NCBI GenBank assembly: GCA_964583155.1
Contig: CAZOUY010000004.1
Location: 35,538 to 99,537 of the forward strand
DNA: 64,000 nucleotides
Reading direction: 5' to 3'
Origin: an uncultured Coprobacillus sp.
GTDB lineage: Bacteria > Bacillota_I > Bacilli_A > RFN20 > CAG-826
A model generated the notes under the pieces. It worked only from the letters and a program-made list of their open reading frames with translations. It did not search any database and was not told the origin of the DNA. The position numbers were made by a program, and so were the translations under genes. Below, piece after piece: positions 59,418 through 64,000 of this stretch; positions within the stretch are counted from its first letter, which is position 1; each line of letters begins with the position of its first letter.

Positions 59418-59987
59418 ATGAAAGATATTATCGTTGAAACATCAGCGCGACACGTCCATGTCGATCAAGAAACATTGGAAGTTCTTTTTGGAAAAGGATA
59501 TTCTTTGACCGTGAAAAAAATGCTATCACAGCCCGGACAATATGCTTCCAATGAGAAAGTTAAAGTGGTCGGACCTAAGGGGGAATTGACGGCCTCTATT
59601 TTAGGACCTGTTCGTAGCAAAAACCAAGTTGAATTGTCATTGACCGATGCACGCTCCATCGGAGTCACAGTTCCGGTTCGTGAATCGGGAGACATCAGTG
59701 GTAGTGGCGCATGTCGTTTGGTCGGGCCCTGTGGTGAGGTCGAAATAAAAGAGGGCGTTATTGCTGCGAAAAGACATATTCATATGACACCCGAGGACGC
59801 TCTTTCTTTTGGAGTAAAGGACAAAGAGATAGTTCAAGTCGCAGTGGCGTCAAACGATCGTTCGTTAATCTTCCAAGATGTAGTAGTGCGTGTTAGTCCG
59901 AAATATGCTTTAGCAATGCATATTGACACCGATGAATGCAATGCGGTGGGATTATCCGGTAATGCAGTCGGACACATCGTTCGATAG
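59418..59987 (+). CDS. pduL: PduL-type phosphate acyltransferase
   Basis: SARHVH, LSQPGQYA, ILGPVR..QVELSLTD, AKRHIHM, MHIDTDE.NA. Confidence 0.93.
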   Translation: MKDIIVETSARHVHVDQETLEVLFGKGYSLTVKKMLSQPGQYASNEKVKVVGPKGELTASILGPVRSKNQVELSLTDARSIGVTVPVRESGDISGSGACRLVGPCGEVEIKEGVIAAKRHIHMTPEDALSFGVKDKEIVQVAVASNDRSLIFQDVVVRVSPKYALAMHIDTDECNAVGLSGNAVGHIVR

Positions 59988-59997
59988 GTGTAAATCG

Positions 59998-60258
59998 ATG
60001 AAGTGTTTTGTTTATCATCCAACCGGGACCTGCTCCCGTGAGATGAAAATATATTATGAAGACAATCGAATTGTGGATTTAGAGGTGGTTGGAGGCTGCT
60101 CTGGCAATTTGCAAGGCATCAAATCACTTTTAAAGGGAATGGAATTATCCGAAGTAGAGGAGCGTTTGGCGGGAATTAGATGTGGCTTTAAATCAACATC
60201 TTGCCCCGATCAAATAGCGAAAGCGGTGCACCAAATTCGAGAAAATGAATCTAAGTAG
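59998..60258 (+). CDS. TIGR03905-type stand-alone TSCPD domain protein
   Basis: P.GTCSREM, GGCSGNLQGI..L.KG, GIRCG.KSTSCPDQ.A. Confidence 0.9.
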   Translation: MKCFVYHPTGTCSREMKIYYEDNRIVDLEVVGGCSGNLQGIKSLLKGMELSEVEERLAGIRCGFKSTSCPDQIAKAVHQIRENESK

Positions 60259-60305
60259 TATAAAAAATTAAAAACAACTCATACTTTTAAATAAGGTGAG
60301 TGTTT

Positions 60306-60521
60306 ATGAAAACAAAAAAGAAAAAAGAGCAATTTGATGTAGCGGATGTCTTATTTGAAATGGGGATGGATTTTGATGTCATTCAGGACATTTCCGGTGT
60401 GACGCCGCAAGAACTTTTATTGAATAAGATCAATATTCTTGACTTTGAAGAAGATATCGATAATAATAATGAAGACTCTTATCAAGAATCGCGTCATAAA
60501 GGGAACGGACAAGCGCGATAG
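60306..60521 (+). CDS. Small hypothetical protein overlapping the metK promoter and riboswitch
   Basis: AGGTGAG RBS; helical VADVLFEMGMDFDVIQDISGVTPQEL segment; 3' end runs into the riboswitch. Confidence 0.55.
   Translation: MKTKKKKEQFDVADVLFEMGMDFDVIQDISGVTPQELLLNKINILDFEEDIDNNNEDSYQESRHKGNGQAR
60439..60467 (+). promoter_or_regulatory. Candidate sigma-A promoter of the metK leader
   Basis: TTGACT-N17-AATAAT, placing the start site at ~60474, right at the riboswitch 5' end. Confidence 0.55.
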
Positions 60522-60580
60522 CAACCCTGAAAATCAGACGGTGCTTTTCCCGAGCGGAGCCCACTCCGAACGATGAGAGT
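60475..60580 (+). promoter_or_regulatory. SAM-I (S-box) type riboswitch
   Basis: P1 ACTCTTATC/GATGAGAGT, ATCAAGA, GCAACC-P3-ACGGTGCT core, P2 ATCGCG/CGCGAT, pseudoknot GGGAA/TTCCC, P4 CGGAG/CTCCG; upstream of metK. Confidence 0.88.
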
Positions 60581-60594
60581 GAGGTAAAGTAATA

Positions 60595-60623
60595 AGGCTT
60601 TCCAAAAGTGGGAAGTCTTTTTT
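60595..60623 (+). terminator. Riboswitch expression-platform terminator
   Basis: AGGCTTTCC-aaaagt-GGGAAGTCT plus T run. Confidence 0.75.
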
Positions 60624-60657
60624 ATATTTTATAGGGAATTATAGGGAGAAGTATGGT

Positions 60658-61830
60658 ATGGAAAGAATTGTTTTTACAAGTGAATCGGTTTCTGAAGGGC
60701 ATCCAGATAAGGTTTGCGATCAAATAAGCGATGCTATTTTGGATGCATGCTTAAAGGCTGATCCTCACGCACATGTCGCCTGTGAATGTTTTATAACCAC
60801 AGAGTATTTAGTAATTGGTGGAGAAATTACCACCACGCATCCGGTTGATTATGAAAAAATTGCGCGCAATGTTTTAAAAAGAATCGGCTATACTCATCCG
60901 GAATTAGGCATTGGAGCGGATAGCTGTCGCATTGATATTCGCGTTAAAACACAATCTCCCGACATTGCGCAAGGAGTAAATCGAGGCAATTTAGTTCAAC
61001 AAGGAGCCGGTGACCAGGGAATAATGTTTGGTTATGCCTGCGATGAAAGTGATGGCTATATGCCTTTACCTTTAGTGGTGGCCCATAAATTAGTGAGAGT
61101 AGCCAGTACGTTAAGAAAGCAAGGAAAGTTTAAATACGCTCGTCCCGATATGAAATCACAAGTGACAATCGATTATACCGATCCGCAAAATTTAAGAGTC
61201 GATACCATTTTAATGTCGATACAGCACGATCCGGATGTGAATTTTGAGGAGTTTAAAAAGTTTATCATCGATAATATTATGCATCCGGTGGTTGATTCCT
61301 TTGGATTGAATCAGGACTTCAAAATTTTAATCAATCCGACCGGTCGCTTCGTTGTTGGTGGACCGATGGGTGATACCGGTTTAACGGGGCGAAAAATAAT
61401 CGTTGACACCTATGGTGGTATCGCGAGCCATGGCGGCGGATGTTTTTCTGGCAAGGATCCTTCGAAGGTCGATCGTTCTGCGGCCTATATGGCACGATAT
61501 ATCGCGAAGAATTTAGTAGCGGCCGGGATAGCTAAACGCATGGAAATTCAATTGAGCTATGCTATCGGAGTGGCGGAGCCTTTAAGTATTGCGGTATTGA
61601 CATATGGTACTAGCCAATATTCGAATGAGTATATTTTGACATTAATCAAGACCATTTTTGATTGTCGCCCGGGCTCAATTATCAAAAACTTTGCGCTTTT
61701 AACCCCCTCTTTCAACTATGAAGATTTAGCCTGCTATGGTCATTTTGGCCGTCCTGATTTGGATTTGCCGTGGGAGCGGCTTGATAAGATAGCGGTCGTT
61801 AAGGAATATCTGACGACCCATAAGATTTAA
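60658..61830 (+). CDS. metK: S-adenosylmethionine synthase
   Basis: FTSESVSEGHPDK, GAGDQG, GLTGRKIIVDTYGG, GKDPSKVDRSAAY. Confidence 0.98.
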   Translation: MERIVFTSESVSEGHPDKVCDQISDAILDACLKADPHAHVACECFITTEYLVIGGEITTTHPVDYEKIARNVLKRIGYTHPELGIGADSCRIDIRVKTQSPDIAQGVNRGNLVQQGAGDQGIMFGYACDESDGYMPLPLVVAHKLVRVASTLRKQGKFKYARPDMKSQVTIDYTDPQNLRVDTILMSIQHDPDVNFEEFKKFIIDNIMHPVVDSFGLNQDFKILINPTGRFVVGGPMGDTGLTGRKIIVDTYGGIASHGGGCFSGKDPSKVDRSAAYMARYIAKNLVAAGIAKRMEIQLSYAIGVAEPLSIAVLTYGTSQYSNEYILTLIKTIFDCRPGSIIKNFALLTPSFNYEDLACYGHFGRPDLDLPWERLDKIAVVKEYLTTHKI

Positions 61831-61986
61831 ATTTAAGAATACTCTTATTAAAATAAAATAAATTGAGCCATAATATTTATGGATTATGAATAATTGCCAA
61901 GAAAGTGCAAATGAATTGTTTATAGTCATGATCTTAATTATAATATTTATGTAGTTTAATTTTTCGAAATAGGAGGATGAAGAGAA

Positions 61987-63018
61987 ATGAGAAAAATTAG
62001 AGTCGTGCAATACGGATGCGGAAAAATGTCAAAGTATATTTTACGCTACTTACATGAAAAGGGTGCTGAAATTGTCGGAGCGATTGATGTTAATCCGAAA
62101 ATTGTCGGTATGGATGTCGGTGACTTTGCTGATTTAGGCGTCAAAACAGGTGTTTTAATTTCGAAAAATGCCGATAAAGTTCTCGATGAATGTGATGCCG
62201 ATGTCGCTATTGTGACTTTATTTAGTTTTGTTTCTGATATCTACAAGCATGTTGAAAAATGTGTTAGCCGAGGGATAAATGTTATCACCACTTGTGAAGA
62301 GGCTATTTATCCATGGACTACCGCGGCTGCCTTGACTAATAAATTGGATCGCATTGCCAAAGAAACCGGATGCACTGTCACCGGTTCAGGAATGCAGGAT
62401 ATTTTTTGGATTAATATGGTCGCCATGGTTGCCGGTGGGTGCCATGATGTGAAAAAGATTAAGGGAGCTTACAGCTATAATGTCGAAGATTATGGCTTAG
62501 CATTGGCCGAAGCCCATGGCAGTGATTTGAGCGTTGAAGAATTTGAAAAGACTTTAGCGCATCCTGAAGAAGATGTTCCTTCTTATGCTTGGAACGCTAG
62601 TGAGGCTCTCGCTAATAAATTAGGATTGACAATTAAATCGATAACGCAACGCAATGTTCCTTATGTTATTGATAAAGATCTTTATAGTGAGACGCTTGGT
62701 CGGACGATTAAAGCTGGCCGCTGCATTGGTATGTCGGCCGTAGTAACCATCGAAACGATCCAAGGCATAACTATTGAAGAGGAGACAATCGGAAAAGTTT
62801 ATGGTCCGGATGATGGCGATATGTGTGATTGGAAGATTGAAGGCGAGCCCAACACGGAATTTCATGTGGTGAAGCCGGCAACAGTGGAACATACCTGCGC
62901 GACTGTCGTAAATCGTATTCCATCGTTGTTACGTGCCAATCCAGGATATGTTACCTCTGATCAATTAGATGAGATTTCTTACTTAACATACCCAATGCAA
63001 TTTCATATTGAAGATTAA
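61987..63018 (+). CDS. 2,4-diaminopentanoate dehydrogenase (Ord)-like / DapB-like NAD(P)-dependent dehydrogenase
   Basis: [41 protein letters not shown]. Confidence 0.7.
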   Translation: MRKIRVVQYGCGKMSKYILRYLHEKGAEIVGAIDVNPKIVGMDVGDFADLGVKTGVLISKNADKVLDECDADVAIVTLFSFVSDIYKHVEKCVSRGINVITTCEEAIYPWTTAAALTNKLDRIAKETGCTVTGSGMQDIFWINMVAMVAGGCHDVKKIKGAYSYNVEDYGLALAEAHGSDLSVEEFEKTLAHPEEDVPSYAWNASEALANKLGLTIKSITQRNVPYVIDKDLYSETLGRTIKAGRCIGMSAVVTIETIQGITIEEETIGKVYGPDDGDMCDWKIEGEPNTEFHVVKPATVEHTCATVVNRIPSLLRANPGYVTSDQLDEISYLTYPMQFHIED

Positions 63019-63023
63019 ATAAT

Positions 63024-63050
63024 AAAAAGGTCAATGAAAATTGACCTTTT
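63024..63050 (+). terminator. Terminator
   Basis: AAAAAGGTCAAT-gaaa-ATTGACCTTTT. Confidence 0.75.
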
Positions 63051-63181
63051 CTTTTATATCCGTAAGTATTATATCATATATTTAATGACAAAATAAGACT
63101 ATATTTTTTCATTGATTCATGCAACAATAATAATGTAGGAAACTACCGGATCTTATTAATTTGGAAAGGAGCAGATATATT

Positions 63182-63739
63182 ATGAAATACCAAATTATCG
63201 GAAAGAATATTGTTGTAACTAAAGGGATTAGCGACGCTTTAATCAAAAAAATGTCGCGAATGGACAAATACTTTTTAATTGATGAAGATGTGGAATGTCG
63301 GGCGGTTGTCAGGACTTATAAAAATAGTGGACAAAAAGTGGAAATTACCATCTTTACAAATATGATGACTTTTAGAGCCGAAGTAGTTGATGCGGATTTA
63401 TATGCCGCCTTTGATTTAGCGATTGATAAGCTCGAGGGGCAGATGCGAAAGCTAAAAACGCGCTTGGATCAAAGAACGAATGGTGGCCATGGCTTAGGTA
63501 AAGCGATTGCGTTTGAGAATTTCGAAGCGGATTTAGAAGAAGAAGAGAATGAAGAAGTGGTTCGAACCAAAGGCTATCATTTGGAACCGATGAGCATCGA
63601 TGAGGCTATTACGAGAATGGATGCCCTAGGCCACGATTTCTTTATGTATCTTGATGAAGAGGATGAACTTATTTCCGTTGTTTACCATCGTGCTGATGGA
63701 GGATATGGTATTATTCAGGCGGAAAATAAATTAGCGTAA
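63182..63739 (+). CDS. hpf: Ribosome hibernation promoting factor (long HPF)
   Basis: GKNI.VT, DLYAA.D...DKLE.Q.RK.K, PMS.DEA...M..LGHDFF.Y, VVY.R.DGGYG.I. Confidence 0.93.
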   Translation: MKYQIIGKNIVVTKGISDALIKKMSRMDKYFLIDEDVECRAVVRTYKNSGQKVEITIFTNMMTFRAEVVDADLYAAFDLAIDKLEGQMRKLKTRLDQRTNGGHGLGKAIAFENFEADLEEEENEEVVRTKGYHLEPMSIDEAITRMDALGHDFFMYLDEEDELISVVYHRADGGYGIIQAENKLA

Positions 63740-63746
63740 TTATCTT

Positions 63747-63775
63747 AAACGGTTGCCAATGGTAACCGTTTTTTT
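63747..63775 (+). terminator. Terminator after hpf
   Basis: AAACGGTTGCC-aat-GGTAACCGTTT plus T run. Confidence 0.75.
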
Positions 63776-63903
63776 AATGCTCTATTGGAACAATATGCGA
63801 AAAATCATTATTCTAAATAACTTCTTTTTTTCATTTATTAAAATGTGGAGGAGAAGGATAAATTACTTTTTATTATATATTAGTAATTTATCGTGGAAAA
63901 AGT

Positions 63904-64000
63904 ATGAAAATCTATAAATTTGGAGGTAGTATTCTAGCTACAGCCTCCTCAAGAGACATCGCTATTAAGCTTCTTCAAGAACAGAAAGAAGAACGAATTA
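63904..64000 (+). CDS. Amino-acid kinase family protein, probably aspartokinase (partial, runs off window end)
   Basis: MKIYKFGGSILATASSRDIAIKLL..., KFGG(S/T) N-terminal motif. Confidence 0.7.
   Translation, partial: MKIYKFGGSILATASSRDIAIKLLQEQKEERI

Noticed and set aside
280-62892. The many short antisense or alternate-frame ORFs in the track (for example 280-501, 10279-10659, 54945-55340)
   Set aside because: They lie within well-supported genes and have no RBS or recognisable motif
1-64000. CRISPR array, integrase, transposase or prophage
   Set aside because: I saw no regularly spaced repeats and no recombinase, transposase or phage structural motifs in any ORF

Overview
64 kb of ordinary chromosome from a low-GC, apparently spore-forming Bacilli-lineage bacterium using the standard genetic code. 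Gene order follows Bacillus subtilis blocks with many intervening genes missing: spoIVA-hbs, dapB-cca, dnaD-nth, ponA-recU, gpsB-rnpB, pgsA-cinA-recA-rny-ymdB-spoVS-miaB-ymcA-cotE-mutS-mutL-miaA, pbpG-like/ywiB-argS-rpoE-fba, yutH-yutI, pgi-yugI, metK and hpf. An uncultured, reduced Erysipelotrichales/RFN20/RF39-like lineage is an inference, not a result. The window also holds RNase P RNA, six tRNAs, a SAM-I-type riboswitch before metK, small accessory islets and two pseudogenes that the ORF track misses or truncates. I saw no CRISPR array, integrase or transposase. The most unusual signal is a degenerate ~25-55 bp non-coding element present three times (11055-11077 inverted, 45360-45410, 53511-53569). 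Each copy lies in the same orientation 55-67 bp upstream of the -10 box of a putative housekeeping promoter (rny and two tRNA loci). Other candidates are a Cys-rich DUF11 protein in the cotD slot, a tail-less CCA enzyme, a flippase-like/degenerate-GT4 fusion in a glycolipid operon, an SPFH/TM2/DUF2752 operon, and a small ORF whose 3' end contains the metK promoter and riboswitch. All family assignments come from motifs recognised by eye; no database search was run.
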